From positions 43,102-107,101 of the forward strand of contig JADFYH010000002.1 of assembly GCA_015233135.1 (NCBI GenBank): a stretch of 64,000 nucleotides of DNA. Direction: 5' to 3'. The notes beneath the pieces were generated by a model. It was not told the DNA's origin, ran no database searches, and saw nothing but the letters and a program-made list of their open reading frames with translations. The position numbers were made by a program, and so were the translations under genes. This document shows, piece by piece, positions 10,571-20,681 of this stretch. Positions within the stretch are counted from its first letter, which is position 1. Each line of letters starts with the position of its first letter. The stretch is from Deltaproteobacteria bacterium. Its GTDB lineage: Bacteria > UBA10199 > JADFYH01.

Positions 10571-12028
10571 ATGCCCAACTCCTTGCAAGAATTTGTTAAT
10601 TTTCTCGAACAAAAAAACGAACTGCTTCGAATTCGGGAAGAAATAGACCCCATTTTGGAAATTAGCGAAATAGCTGACCGCGTCATGAAAAAAGGAGGGC
10701 CTGCCCTGCTTTTTGAAAGGGTAAAAGGATCGGAGTTCCCCCTACTCATCAACACCTATGGCTCGAAGCAGCGAATGGCCTGGGCCTTGGGCGTTGGAGA
10801 CATCGAAGAACTGGCGACAAAGATACGTCAATTAACAAAAACTCAGCCCCCCCAAGGGATATGGGAGAAACTGAAAATCCTTCCAAAAATGATGGACGTC
10901 GCGAGAAGTATGATGCCCAAAGAGGTGGGTTCGGCCCCCTGCCAAGAGGTGGAGATGGAGGAAGTAAACCTTTCCAGGCTCCCGATTTTGAAATGTTGGC
11001 CCAAAGACGGAGGAAAATTCATTACCTTGCCCATGGTCATCACCAAAGACCCCGAGACAGGCCATCGAAACGTCGGGATGTATCGCCTGCAGGTCTTGGA
11101 TAAACAGAGCACGGCCATGCACTGGCAGATTCATAAAATGGGTTCAAGACACTACAACAAGTACAAAGAACTTAAAGAGAAAATTCCTGTGGCCGTGGCC
11201 ATTGGAGGAGACCCCTGCCTCAGCTATGCCGCCACCGCTCCCCTGCCCGATCAAATGGATGAATTCATGTTTGCTGGATTTTTAAAAGGAGAAGGAATCA
11301 AGACAGTCCGATGTCTGACGAACGATCTGCAGGTTCCCGCCTCGGCCGATTTTATTTTAGAAGGCTATATCGACCCACTGGAAGAACTGGTCGACGAAGG
11401 ACCTTTTGGAGATCACACGGGTTACTACACCCCGGTAGAAAAATTCCCGAAATTCCATATCACAAAAATCACGCATCGAAAAAATCCCATCTATTTGACC
11501 ACCCTTGTAGGCATCCCGCCCATGGAAGATGAATTTTTAGGCAAGGCGACGGAAAGACTCTTTCTCCCTCTGGTCCAGCTTACCTTCCCCGAAGTGGTGG
11601 ACATGAATCTTCCCACCGAGGCCTGCTTTCACAATCTCTGCATCCTGAGCATCAAAAAGCAGTATCCCGGACATGCCTTTAAGATCATGCATTCCCTCTG
11701 GGGTCTGGGCCAGATGATGTTCTGCAAGGCCTTTATTGTGGTGGATCACGACGTGGATGTTCAAGACATCCAAGAAGTGGTTTGGCGGGTCTCCAATAAC
11801 ATCGACGCCAAACGCGACATTACTTTTGTGGATGGACCGGTAGATCATCTCGATCACGCCTCCCCTCAGCAATTCATCGGCAGTAAAATGGGCATTGATG
11901 CCACTCGTAAGTGGAAGGAAGAGGGCTACACTCGTGAATGGCCGGAGGATATTGTAATGGACACAGAGATTAAGAAAAAAATAGATCAAATATGGGAAAG
12001 GTTAAATCTTCATCTTCCTCAACCTTAA
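10571..12028 (+). CDS. ubiD: UbiD-family (4-hydroxybenzoate/prenylated-aromatic) decarboxylase, menaquinone/ubiquinone biosynthesis-type.
   Basis: 485 aa. N-terminus [27 protein letters not shown]...[13 protein letters not shown] is typical of the UbiD family. Correct length. Confidence 0.8.
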   Translation: MPNSLQEFVNFLEQKNELLRIREEIDPILEISEIADRVMKKGGPALLFERVKGSEFPLLINTYGSKQRMAWALGVGDIEELATKIRQLTKTQPPQGIWEKLKILPKMMDVARSMMPKEVGSAPCQEVEMEEVNLSRLPILKCWPKDGGKFITLPMVITKDPETGHRNVGMYRLQVLDKQSTAMHWQIHKMGSRHYNKYKELKEKIPVAVAIGGDPCLSYAATAPLPDQMDEFMFAGFLKGEGIKTVRCLTNDLQVPASADFILEGYIDPLEELVDEGPFGDHTGYYTPVEKFPKFHITKITHRKNPIYLTTLVGIPPMEDEFLGKATERLFLPLVQLTFPEVVDMNLPTEACFHNLCILSIKKQYPGHAFKIMHSLWGLGQMMFCKAFIVVDHDVDVQDIQEVVWRVSNNIDAKRDITFVDGPVDHLDHASPQQFIGSKMGIDATRKWKEEGYTREWPEDIVMDTEIKKKIDQIWERLNLHLPQP

Positions 12029-14221
12029 ACTATTCAACACCACGCTCAACGAGGAGAAGACCATGGCCAGTGAAGCGCCCATGGGAGTGAGGTGAAAGGG
12101 AATCCAGCAGTCTAAAAAACCACTCGCCAAGGGAATCAGCAGCAAATTGTAAATAAAGGCCCAAAATAAATTTTGTCGGATCACCTGAAGAGTTTTTTTG
12201 GAAAACAGAATAGCTTCCCAAAGCGCCATCATCGAAGGCCGAATCAAAACCACTTCGGCTGCTTCACGGGCGATTTCGGTGCCCGAAGAAAAGGAAATTC
12301 CCAAATCCGAAGCCGCCAAAGCGGGGGCATCGTTCAAGCCATCTCCCACCATCGCCACCCAACCGTAGGATTTTTTCCATTGCTGAATGATATGCAGTTT
12401 GTCTTCAGGCTTTTGTCCCGCGTACACCTGAGTTACGCCCAAATCTACAGCGACTTCCTTGGTATTCTCCAGGCGGTCACCACTTAAAATTCCCACCTCA
12501 TAATTTTTTAGGATTAAACTCTGCAACAATAACCTGGCATCTTTCTTGACTAAATCTTGCAAAATAAAAACAGCCAGACTGCCCTTGCTGGAGGCAAGAT
12601 ACAAACAGATGGAACTCGAATCACTAAAATCTTTTAATTGATCTTTTAATAGCAGCGAAATTTCTAAACCCTGTTCTATCAAAAAGGCCTCGTTGCCCAA
12701 GTAAAAGTTTTCTCCTTCCAACGCAGCCATCAGACCTTTTCCAGGGAAAGATCGAAATTGCTCCAAGGGCAACAGATCCATCTTCTTTTGCTGGGCCGCC
12801 TGGCCAAAGGCCTCTGCCAAACGGTGCTCGGAGGCCTGTTCAATGCTTGCCGCAATTTGAACCAGCTTGTCCCTGTCCCAAGGACAAGCGGGGGCAAGTA
12901 TCACTTTTTGCAACAAGGGATGACCTTGAGTGAGGGTGCCCGTTTTATCAAACAGAAACGCATTGATTTTAGACAAACTCTCGAGCGCCTGACCCGACTT
13001 GAATAAAATCCCCGCCAGAGCCGCCCTTCCCATCCCCACCACCAAAGCAGTGGGCGTCGCCAGGCCCAGGGCACAGGGACAGGCCACCACCAAAATGGAG
13101 ACAAAATGCAGCAGGGCCACAGACAAGGGCTTATGAAAAAACCAATACCAAGTACTAAATACAGTTAAGGCTAAAAATAAAACCAGGGGGACAAAAATAG
13201 CAGAGACCTTGTCCGCCAGTTTGGCCACAGGGGCTTTTGAGGCGAAGGCCTCTTTTACCCAGGCCATCATTTGAGAGAGGCTGGACTCTGAGGCTACTTT
13301 TAAAATTTTGATTCGTAAAAAACCATTTCCATTGCGACAACCCACCCATACCTTATCGCCTTTTGTTTTCTCTAAAGGAAGAGGTTCTCCACTACGCATC
13401 GATTCATCCACTTCGCTTAAGCCTTTGATCACTTCCCCATCGGCGGGAATGGTTTCGCCGGGCTTAATCAATACTTCATCTCCTACTCTCAATTCTTCCA
13501 CTGCCACCCACTGCTCTCTATCGCCCTGCAGGAGTCTCGCTTGAGGAATTTGAAGTTGAGACAATTTTAAAAGCGCGGTCTGTGTTTTTGCCTTGGCCAG
13601 AGATTCCAGGTAAGTGCCCAGCAACACAAAGCAAGTGACTCCCGCCGCCGATTCAAAATACAAAGAGAGTGCATGAAGAGGCACAGCAGGATGACGCAGA
13701 GATTGAAAAAATACAGTGGAACTGTAGAGATAAGCACTGAAAACTCCCAAGCCAATCAGACTGTCCATATCCGCCTGAAGGCGAAAGAAAAAACGAAAAA
13801 GCCCGCCCAGAAAACGTTTGCCTGAAATAAGGAGGATGAGGGTACAAAGGACAAACTGAATCAAAAAACGGATTTTAAAATCGATAAAATCAAGACCATG
13901 AAAAATATCCGGCATCGCCAAGAGCATTAAAGGAATGAAAAAAATAAAAGAAAAAACAAGCGAAATTTTTAAATGCCCCCCTTGCGGATTCAGATGCACT
14001 GCTGTTTCAATGGGGGTCACACTCGAAGAAAAACCCAGTTTTTGTATTTCATGACTTAGGGTCGAAACTTCCAAAATATTTTCATCAAACTCCACCTGAG
14101 CCGTTTTACCCAAGAGATCGACATTGATTTTTTTGAGACCTGGCAAAGCCGAAACGGCTTTTTCGATACGGCCCACGCAGGAGGCACAGTGCATGCCTTC
14201 AATGGAAATAGTATTTTTCAT
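12002..14221 (-). CDS. copA: Copper-translocating P-type ATPase (HMA domain plus P1B-type ATPase).
   Basis: N-terminal [12 protein letters not shown] metal-binding motif, CPC motif ([13 protein letters not shown]), DKTGTLT phosphorylation motif, [10 protein letters not shown]. 739 aa. Confidence 0.9.
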   Translation of the reverse strand: MKNTISIEGMHCASCVGRIEKAVSALPGLKKINVDLLGKTAQVEFDENILEVSTLSHEIQKLGFSSSVTPIETAVHLNPQGGHLKISLVFSFIFFIPLMLLAMPDIFHGLDFIDFKIRFLIQFVLCTLILLISGKRFLGGLFRFFFRLQADMDSLIGLGVFSAYLYSSTVFFQSLRHPAVPLHALSLYFESAAGVTCFVLLGTYLESLAKAKTQTALLKLSQLQIPQARLLQGDREQWVAVEELRVGDEVLIKPGETIPADGEVIKGLSEVDESMRSGEPLPLEKTKGDKVWVGCRNGNGFLRIKILKVASESSLSQMMAWVKEAFASKAPVAKLADKVSAIFVPLVLFLALTVFSTWYWFFHKPLSVALLHFVSILVVACPCALGLATPTALVVGMGRAALAGILFKSGQALESLSKINAFLFDKTGTLTQGHPLLQKVILAPACPWDRDKLVQIAASIEQASEHRLAEAFGQAAQQKKMDLLPLEQFRSFPGKGLMAALEGENFYLGNEAFLIEQGLEISLLLKDQLKDFSDSSSICLYLASSKGSLAVFILQDLVKKDARLLLQSLILKNYEVGILSGDRLENTKEVAVDLGVTQVYAGQKPEDKLHIIQQWKKSYGWVAMVGDGLNDAPALAASDLGISFSSGTEIAREAAEVVLIRPSMMALWEAILFSKKTLQVIRQNLFWAFIYNLLLIPLASGFLDCWIPFHLTPMGASLAMVFSSLSVVLNSLRLRKMKI

Positions 14222-14769
14222 TGCACTCTCGCTTCGATGACATCAATAAAACGACGGGCGGATAAAGCTAGAACGCCCCATTGTAAAGGCAACCAGTAGG
14301 GAATGCCCAAAAAATCCGCATCGGAATACTGCAACAGATGGAAGCTGCTCCCCATAATTTCAAGGGTGGGAAAAAAGAGCGCTCCCAGCAGAAAAAATAA
14401 CCAATCCCATTTCGCATGAAAAAATGCGAGACGCACCACGACGTAAATGGAAAGAATAAAAAAGAGCAGATGGGGATAGATGAGCGTTGAAAGCGAACCC
14501 CCATAGGCTAAAATCAGAGGCAATATCTCTAAAAATACCCAGCGGTATTTGAAACTGAAAGTGGCTGTCAAAAATTTTTCAAGCGGGGGAAAAACCAAAT
14601 CCATCAAGACAAGGAGCAAACCCAAAGAAACGGAGTACCATAAAGGTTGTCGAAGAAAAAAAATGGATTTAAATTCAAGCAAACCATACTTCACTTGAAA
14701 AAATACCAACGGACTGAGAAGTAGTATTCCAACAATAAAGGAAATGATTATTTTTTTGAGTTTTCTCAT
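14218..14769 (-). CDS. Hypothetical polytopic membrane protein. Start uncertain: overlaps the divergent neighbour in the ORF track.
   Basis: 183-aa ORF with about 5 hydrophobic helices, directly upstream of copA on the same strand. Confidence 0.45.
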   Translation of the reverse strand: MRKLKKIIISFIVGILLLSPLVFFQVKYGLLEFKSIFFLRQPLWYSVSLGLLLVLMDLVFPPLEKFLTATFSFKYRWVFLEILPLILAYGGSLSTLIYPHLLFFILSIYVVVRLAFFHAKWDWLFFLLGALFFPTLEIMGSSFHLLQYSDADFLGIPYWLPLQWGVLALSARRFIDVIEARVQ

Positions 14770-14794
14770 TCTTTATAAATACGCAGAGCCACCC

Positions 14795-15739
14795 ATGAAA
14801 GCCAATAAAAAACAGATTTCTCTACGACTTCTCATCTTCTCATTTTTCTTCCTTTTCTCACTTCCCTCCTCCCACTTCCTTCTTCTCACTCCCCCCCTTT
14901 CTCTTTACGCCTCACCCCTCATGCCTCACGCACCCCCCCTGCCCCACGATGGGAAACTACGCCTCTACAATTATTATCTGGGTGATTTTTTAGAAATTCA
15001 ATACGAAGACCAAGGAGAACCTATTCCGGAAGCACTCGAAAAAATAAATACCTTTTTAAGGTCCCGTGACAGCGGGATCAGTACCCCCATCGACCTCAAT
15101 ATTTTAAGACTGGCCGATCATCTGCAAGATCATTTTAAAGTCGATACCGTCGAAATCATTTCTGCTTTTCGAACCAGGGAATTCAATAATAGCCTCAAAA
15201 ACACAGGCCACAACGTCAGCCCGGTCAGTTTTCACACTCAAGGAAAAGCCCTGGATATCCATTTGGATGAAATAAGAGAAGAAACTCTAAGAGATTATTT
15301 ACTCTCTTTAAAACTGGGGGGCGTAGGTTATTATGGCCCTTTGGATTTCGTGCACATGGATACTGGGCCTGTACGCGCTTGGAGTGAAGGGTCGGAAAAA
15401 AGTAAACGCAAGTTGATTGGGGTGCTAGAGCCCAAAGCAGAGTGGCAATTAACTTCGGACAAGAATGAATATTTATTGAATGATGTAGTTTTACTCCATT
15501 GGAATACTTCTCCCTCCCCTTTGACGGGGGAGGGCCGGGGAGAGGGTGAACAATCACTTAAAATAACACTTCAACATTTTTTTCGCGGCAAGTGGGAGAA
15601 TGAAAAAAAAATGGAATTCGAACCCTCTTTTAAACTGGAAGCCAAAAATCTGAAAGCGGGCAAATATCGTATTCTATTTGCTTTAAAGGATGATTCTAAA
15701 ATTTACTCCAGCAATGAATTTTACGTAAAAAACAAATAG
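14795..15739 (+). CDS. Peptidase M15A / DUF882 (YcbK-like) family protein with signal peptide and Pro-rich linker.
   Basis: MKANKKQISLRLLIFSFFFLFSLPSS signal peptide, then ISAFRTREFNNSLKNTGHNVSPVSFHTQGKALDIHL, which matches the YcbK/DUF882 core. A REP copy lies in frame at 15511-15548 (encodes LTGEGRGEGE). Confidence 0.65.
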   Translation: MKANKKQISLRLLIFSFFFLFSLPSSHFLLLTPPLSLYASPLMPHAPPLPHDGKLRLYNYYLGDFLEIQYEDQGEPIPEALEKINTFLRSRDSGISTPIDLNILRLADHLQDHFKVDTVEIISAFRTREFNNSLKNTGHNVSPVSFHTQGKALDIHLDEIREETLRDYLLSLKLGGVGYYGPLDFVHMDTGPVRAWSEGSEKSKRKLIGVLEPKAEWQLTSDKNEYLLNDVVLLHWNTSPSPLTGEGRGEGEQSLKITLQHFFRGKWENEKKMEFEPSFKLEAKNLKAGKYRILFALKDDSKIYSSNEFYVKNK

Positions 15740-15750
15740 ATTAACCACAC

Positions 15751-16614
15751 ATGAACCTTCCCCAACACAAACTGCTCAAAAATGGAATCTTCTGCATGCT
15801 GCTTTCTTGCGTCTTTTTTTCCTTCATGGGTGCCTTTGTTAAAATTGCACTGCAACGGGTGGGTGTGGGTCAGGCAATTTTTTGTCGCTCCATTATTACA
15901 GCAAGCATCCTGGCTATTTTCATGTTCAAAAATAAAATCTCTTTTGTGGGCCAACATCCTCTATTGCTTTTGGGTAGAGCCTTGGCGGGATTTACGGCCT
16001 TAAGCCTGAATTTTTATGCGGTCTCCAAAATCCCTTTGGGAGATGCCGCCATTCTGAATCAGACTTCACCCATATTTGTCGCCCTGCTTTCAGCATTCCT
16101 CTTGGGTGAGAGGCCCAGCGCTTATTCGCTCTTTCTGAGTGCCGTCTCCTTGCTGGGGGTGGTACTGATTATCAAACCCGTCTTTAGCCATTTGAACATT
16201 GCCTACGTCGCCGGTTTGCTGAGTGGTTTTATGGCGGCGCTGGCTTATCTATCCATTCGACAACTGCACAACACCGATTCTTCGTTTACCATGGCCATGT
16301 ACTTTGCGGCGGTGAGCAGTGTTTTTTCATTCCCCTGGATGCTGCATCATTTTAGCGCTACTTTTCCCTTCATCTGGATATTGCTTGTTTTATCTGGATT
16401 AGCGGGCACCTTGGGACAACTTTTTCTAACCGTCGCCTACAAATACGAAGAGGCCTGGGTAATTGCACCCATCAACTATAGTGGTGTTTTATTTTCTTTT
16501 TTGTGGGGGATCTTTCTCTTTAAAGAAAGTCCGGATTTGTATTCGCTGATGGGGTCTGTGCTTATTATTGTCTCTTGTATTCTGCTGACACGAAGACCTT
16601 CCCCTCTCCCTTGA
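15751..16614 (+). CDS. EamA/DMT-superfamily transporter (10 TM helices).
   Basis: 287 aa, two repeated EamA-like halves, hydrophobic throughout. Confidence 0.75.
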   Translation: MNLPQHKLLKNGIFCMLLSCVFFSFMGAFVKIALQRVGVGQAIFCRSIITASILAIFMFKNKISFVGQHPLLLLGRALAGFTALSLNFYAVSKIPLGDAAILNQTSPIFVALLSAFLLGERPSAYSLFLSAVSLLGVVLIIKPVFSHLNIAYVAGLLSGFMAALAYLSIRQLHNTDSSFTMAMYFAAVSSVFSFPWMLHHFSATFPFIWILLVLSGLAGTLGQLFLTVAYKYEEAWVIAPINYSGVLFSFLWGIFLFKESPDLYSLMGSVLIIVSCILLTRRPSPLP

Positions 16615-16836
16615 GGCATAGGTATCTACACAAGTCAGCAAGATACTAATTTTGTTACTCTTGCTGATCCCTCCCCTTAAGCTAAGGGGAGGTTAGGAGG
16701 GGTTATGAAAGATTTTGCAAATTAGAGAAGCCCTGAATTTTGCAAGGTTTTCCATAACTCCCCCAACCCCCTCTTAGCTTAAGAGGGGGCAATACCAAAA
16801 GATGTGTAGATACCTATGCCCTTGAGGGGAGAGGGT
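16597..16836. mobile_element. MITE-like composite palindromic element: REP units plus 16-bp perfect terminal inverted repeats (cataggtatctacaca / tgtgtagatacctatg) enclosing nested palindromes (ccttaagctaagggg ; ccctcttagcttaagaggggg).
   Basis: Seen directly in the sequence. A related element lies at 35320-35420 next to tRNA-Val. Confidence 0.5.
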
Positions 16837-16853
16837 CAGGGAGAGGGTGAAAC

Positions 16854-18770
16854 TCAAATATTCTTTTTAATATAATCCGCAATCCGCAGCGAAAAAGCCA
16901 TGATGGTCATTTGAGGATTTACTCCCAGAGAAGTGGGAAAGATGCTGCCATCGCTAATGAACAAATTGTCCATCTCGTGAACTTTTCCAAAAGAATTGAC
17001 GACCGAATCTTCCGCCTCTGTCCCCATGCGGCAAGTGCCCAAGGGATGAAAGGCCAGCACCTCCATATCCTTTTTTGTCACTTCCAATTTTTCAAAAATT
17101 TCCAGGTCCGCTCTGCTTTTCAAGACAGGCATGGGATGGAAGGGCGTGTAAACTTCTTTTGCGCCCGCTTCAAAAAAAAGCCTGCACAAGAGGCGAGTAC
17201 CCTGAATGAATTTTTTCACGTCGCTTTTTATCAGGTTATACAAAACCATCGGATAATCTTTGGGGCCCAAATAAACACTGCCTCGCGTGTCATCGCTAAT
17301 CATGAAACCAAAACAGGCCAGATGATCGAATTGCTCCATCACCGTTTTATGCTCAAGCCCCATCAACAAGATGGAAGGCCCTCCGATGGGAGGAGTGAAA
17401 ATTCCTTCAAACATGATGCCTTGGTCATTGTAGTCTTCACAATAGTAGCTTTGTGGTACTCCTTCCCAACCCCGCACTTCCTCTTCAAATAAAGCGAAGG
17501 CCTTGCCCGCAGGATGCAGCGTTAAATTCTTACCCACCTCGGCCAAATTCAACTTTGATTTTTTGAGCAGTACAGGAGAAAAAATACTGCCGGCAGCAAG
17601 CACAAACACCTTGGCCTTCACTTTGACCATGGCCCCTTTTTCAGCCGTCAGAGGATCTACAAATTGTGCCCGCACTTCCCGCACCTTTCCTTTCTCATGA
17701 ACAATTTCTTCCACTCGACATTGAGCCAACAGGCGAGCCCCTTGTTGCAGGGCCTGAGGAATGAAGTTGAGTTGCACACTTTGCTTGGCATCCGTGGGAC
17801 AACCTAAAGTACAAACACCACTTCCCTCGCAGTTAATCACATTTCGAAGCAGAGGCTTTCCCTGCATGCCCATTTTTTGAAAACCGCGCTGTATGATTCT
17901 GGCGCTATTCCCTAAAAGATGTTCGGGCACGGGGGTCACATGCAGGATAGACTCAATTTTTTCAAAATAAGGCCGCAAACCCTCGGATGAAATATCTTTC
18001 AGGTCATATTGGGAATTCCATTTTTGGATCACTTTATCCGGTAGGCGAAAACAGGTCCCGGAGTTGATGGTCGTGGTGCCCCCCACGCTACGTCCAAAAG
18101 GTAAAAGGACAGGAGGAAGACCCAAGGCCGCAAAGAGACCCGACTCCCTCCACATCTGACTGATGCGCTTTCCAATAGGCTCTTTAAAATCATTCAGATC
18201 ATAACGCCCACCTTCTTCCAGGATCACCACTTTCAAACCCTGGGCACTCAGTTCGGCAGCTAGAGGAGCTGCCCCTGCGCCTGAGCCAATCACGCACACC
18301 TCGCAATCGAGGGATAAATCTTTATCCGAATGAAGAAGCACATTCTCGGAATGAAGTGCGGGAGAAGCGGGAATCCGCGGCTTTTTAAGATAAAAACCCA
18401 GGGCCTCTTCTACCTTTTTTTGGCTGTAATATTGAGAGATAATTTTGGCTTCCAGCAGTCTGAAAAGGATCTTTTTGGGATAAAAATGAGAATAATAAAA
18501 AGATTGGACAACTTTTTCTTGCTGAAGAGGCTGAAGTTTTAAAAAAGGTTTTAAAAATCGAAGCAGCCCCCCCCACTCCAGCCATTTTAATCCAAGCCTG
18601 AAGGACTGTTGCATAGTGGCTTGGCAACACTGAAGAGATCTCTCCAAAGAATCGACGAGTTGTAAATCTTCACAGCAAAAGGGAAGTTTCTCTGTCTTGG
18701 GAATCAGCAGATCCACCAAAGCCTGAAGTATTTTTCTCTCCTTTGACTTGAATTGAAAGAGTTTACTCAT
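16854..18770 (-). CDS. GMC-family FAD-dependent oxidoreductase (choline dehydrogenase-like) with an N-terminal extension of about 130 aa.
   Basis: FAD-binding fingerprint CVIGSGAGAAPLAAELSAQGLKVVILEEGG. C-terminal GMC substrate-binding region. 638 aa. Confidence 0.75.
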   Translation of the reverse strand: MSKLFQFKSKERKILQALVDLLIPKTEKLPFCCEDLQLVDSLERSLQCCQATMQQSFRLGLKWLEWGGLLRFLKPFLKLQPLQQEKVVQSFYYSHFYPKKILFRLLEAKIISQYYSQKKVEEALGFYLKKPRIPASPALHSENVLLHSDKDLSLDCEVCVIGSGAGAAPLAAELSAQGLKVVILEEGGRYDLNDFKEPIGKRISQMWRESGLFAALGLPPVLLPFGRSVGGTTTINSGTCFRLPDKVIQKWNSQYDLKDISSEGLRPYFEKIESILHVTPVPEHLLGNSARIIQRGFQKMGMQGKPLLRNVINCEGSGVCTLGCPTDAKQSVQLNFIPQALQQGARLLAQCRVEEIVHEKGKVREVRAQFVDPLTAEKGAMVKVKAKVFVLAAGSIFSPVLLKKSKLNLAEVGKNLTLHPAGKAFALFEEEVRGWEGVPQSYYCEDYNDQGIMFEGIFTPPIGGPSILLMGLEHKTVMEQFDHLACFGFMISDDTRGSVYLGPKDYPMVLYNLIKSDVKKFIQGTRLLCRLFFEAGAKEVYTPFHPMPVLKSRADLEIFEKLEVTKKDMEVLAFHPLGTCRMGTEAEDSVVNSFGKVHEMDNLFISDGSIFPTSLGVNPQMTIMAFSLRIADYIKKNI

Positions 18771-18924
18771 AATTGAATATCCCCGAAAACGTTCGAAAAT
18801 CGAACCCCCGTTTTATTTTCAGACATCTTGATTATGAGCGATTCTTTTCAAGATCTCAAATATTATCTCCTAATCTCTATGGAATAATTTAATTAATCAA
18901 AAATTAACATTGTTTAACATTTTT

Positions 18925-18940
18925 TGGCATCGCTTCTGCA
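18925..18940 (+). promoter_or_regulatory. Candidate sigma-54 (RpoN) -24/-12 promoter, TGGCAT-N5-cTGCA.
   Basis: tttTGGCATcgcttcTGCAtt places GG and GC at the exact consensus spacing (TGGCAC-N5-TTGCA), about 185 nt upstream of the 19126 gene. Confidence 0.3.
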
Positions 18941-18952
18941 TTTTCCTCGGGC

Positions 18953-19114
18953 ATGGAAACTACACAAAAAACAAGGTCACCCAGTGACAGCCAAAAAATA
19001 GTTCAAAAACTTCATAAAGAGCTGCTGGAAGGAGTAAAGCGCGGCGAATTTTACGGGGTCGATCAAAAAATAAAAATTTTGCAGCGCAGTATTTCAATTT
19101 CTACCCGCATCTAA
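18953..19114 (+). CDS. Small 53-codon ORF (METTQKTRSPSDSQKIVQKLHKELLEGVKRGEFYGVDQKIKILQRSISISTRI), below the ORF-track size cutoff. Doubtful.
   Basis: Open frame between the sigma-54-like promoter and the 425-aa gene. No convincing SD. Confidence 0.2.
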   Translation: METTQKTRSPSDSQKIVQKLHKELLEGVKRGEFYGVDQKIKILQRSISISTRI

Positions 19115-19125
19115 AAAAGGGGGAA

Positions 19126-20403
19126 GTGATGAATATCATCAATTTCAATCAGATCTTGATGGGAAGAGCTTATACAGCCACCTTTCCAAACCTCTGCACA
19201 AATTCAATTTCAAATGAGCTGAGTCCAAATTATGCTCAGATCCTTTCTAGAAACTTTGCCAGAAGCTTTACCAAACGCCTTGAAAATCTTTTACAAAGTG
19301 GACAAGCACAGCCTTCCTCTGCTGCCACACAAAACCAAGTGACTCAAGGAGTTCAAGGTATTCAAGGAGAACAAGGCTTTGTCGCCCAGGTCAACAACGA
19401 GCTGCAGCAGCAAATTTATACCCCAAATGTGGAAGAGCAAAAAAAGTTGAATGACATCAATGCCGACCGGGCCAAAGACGGCAAGCCTCCCATCAATTTT
19501 CAGCAAGTCACCCGTGAAATTGAAAACATCATGAATGATCCCAACCTGGATGAAGGGAAGAAAAAGGATCTCGTTGGAAAAATAAAGGATCGTTTGGGCC
19601 TTGGGAAAGGCGATATGAAGTTTTTATTTACCAAGCGCTTGGCAAAACTTCATGAACAAGCAGCTGATAAATTAAATACCCGTTTAGAAAGTTTGGAAAA
19701 AAATGCAAAAGAGATGGAAAGACTCTACGGCAAGAATAGTCCTCAAGCCTTGCAAGCCAATCAGGCCCTGGAAACCTCCAAAAGTGTTTTAGAACCCCAA
19801 AAACAGCAATGGGAGGCCAAGGCAAACTCTTACAGTAAAATGTTCCCTAGTTTTTGGAGTAAACTGGGAGGGGCATTTAAAAAAGTGGTCTCTGCTGTCA
19901 CCAAAGTGGTCAATGCAGTCGCGCCCATTTTAAAGATGATCCCCGGCATTGGAACGATTGCTTCCCTAGGTTTGGCGGCCATCAACGGGCTCAACAGTAT
20001 CGTCCATGGAGATTGGAAAGGTTTTCTGAAAAATGTGGCCTCAAATCTCGCAAGCGCTGTTCCTGCCTTGGGATCTGCAGTTCAGATGGGCATGAATGCC
20101 TTCAACACCGTAAAATCCTTTGCAAAAGGGAATATCATGGGGGGCCTCGGCGGGCTCATGAATTTCACTGGGGCACTCCCTGAAAAAGTGGGGGACATTC
20201 TCAACAAAGGCTGGTCTGCCTTTGGAAGCATTTACTCGGCGGCCAAAGGAAATTTTATGCCCCTCTTCAATACGGCCCTCAACTTTGCTCCTCAAATTCC
20301 TGGTGTTCAAAAGCTGCAAGAGACTTGGAATAATCTCCAGCAAAAAATACCTGTCCCGCTTAACCAAGGAATACAATGGCTTTCGAGTTGCTTTCCCTTC
20401 TAA
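19126..20403 (+). CDS. Hypothetical secreted/translocator-like protein: Q-rich coiled-coil N-terminal half and a C-terminal Gly/Ala-rich bilobed hydrophobic domain.
   Basis: Good SD (aaaaagggggaagtgATG). No homology recognised. Hydrophobic hairpin VTKVVNAVAPILKMIPGIGTIASLGLAAINGL. Confidence 0.65.
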   Translation: MMNIINFNQILMGRAYTATFPNLCTNSISNELSPNYAQILSRNFARSFTKRLENLLQSGQAQPSSAATQNQVTQGVQGIQGEQGFVAQVNNELQQQIYTPNVEEQKKLNDINADRAKDGKPPINFQQVTREIENIMNDPNLDEGKKKDLVGKIKDRLGLGKGDMKFLFTKRLAKLHEQAADKLNTRLESLEKNAKEMERLYGKNSPQALQANQALETSKSVLEPQKQQWEAKANSYSKMFPSFWSKLGGAFKKVVSAVTKVVNAVAPILKMIPGIGTIASLGLAAINGLNSIVHGDWKGFLKNVASNLASAVPALGSAVQMGMNAFNTVKSFAKGNIMGGLGGLMNFTGALPEKVGDILNKGWSAFGSIYSAAKGNFMPLFNTALNFAPQIPGVQKLQETWNNLQQKIPVPLNQGIQWLSSCFPF

Positions 20404-20445
20404 AAAATTTCACTCGGTGAGTTATAACCGATGTGGAAGGCGCAG

Positions 20446-20490
20446 TGAGAGCCTTGTCCTGATTAGGGATGAGGCTCTCCTGTTTTTGGC
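20446..20490 (+). terminator. Probable rho-independent terminator downstream of the 425-aa gene.
   Basis: Hairpin gagagcc...ggctctc followed by ctgtttttgg. Confidence 0.35.
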
Positions 20491-20681
20491 GTTTCATTTT
20501 CAAACCCCAAAAACACTCAAGCGTCCGAAATTCGAACTGGAAAAAAACGACTTAAAGAACATCAAAATATAACCCACTAAAAAGACAAAGTTTTTTTTCA
20601 AAAAAAACACAGGACGAGTTGGCATCTTCTTGGCATTTACAAGAAAGCGTAAACATCAACAAATTTAAAAAGGAGCCTAAA

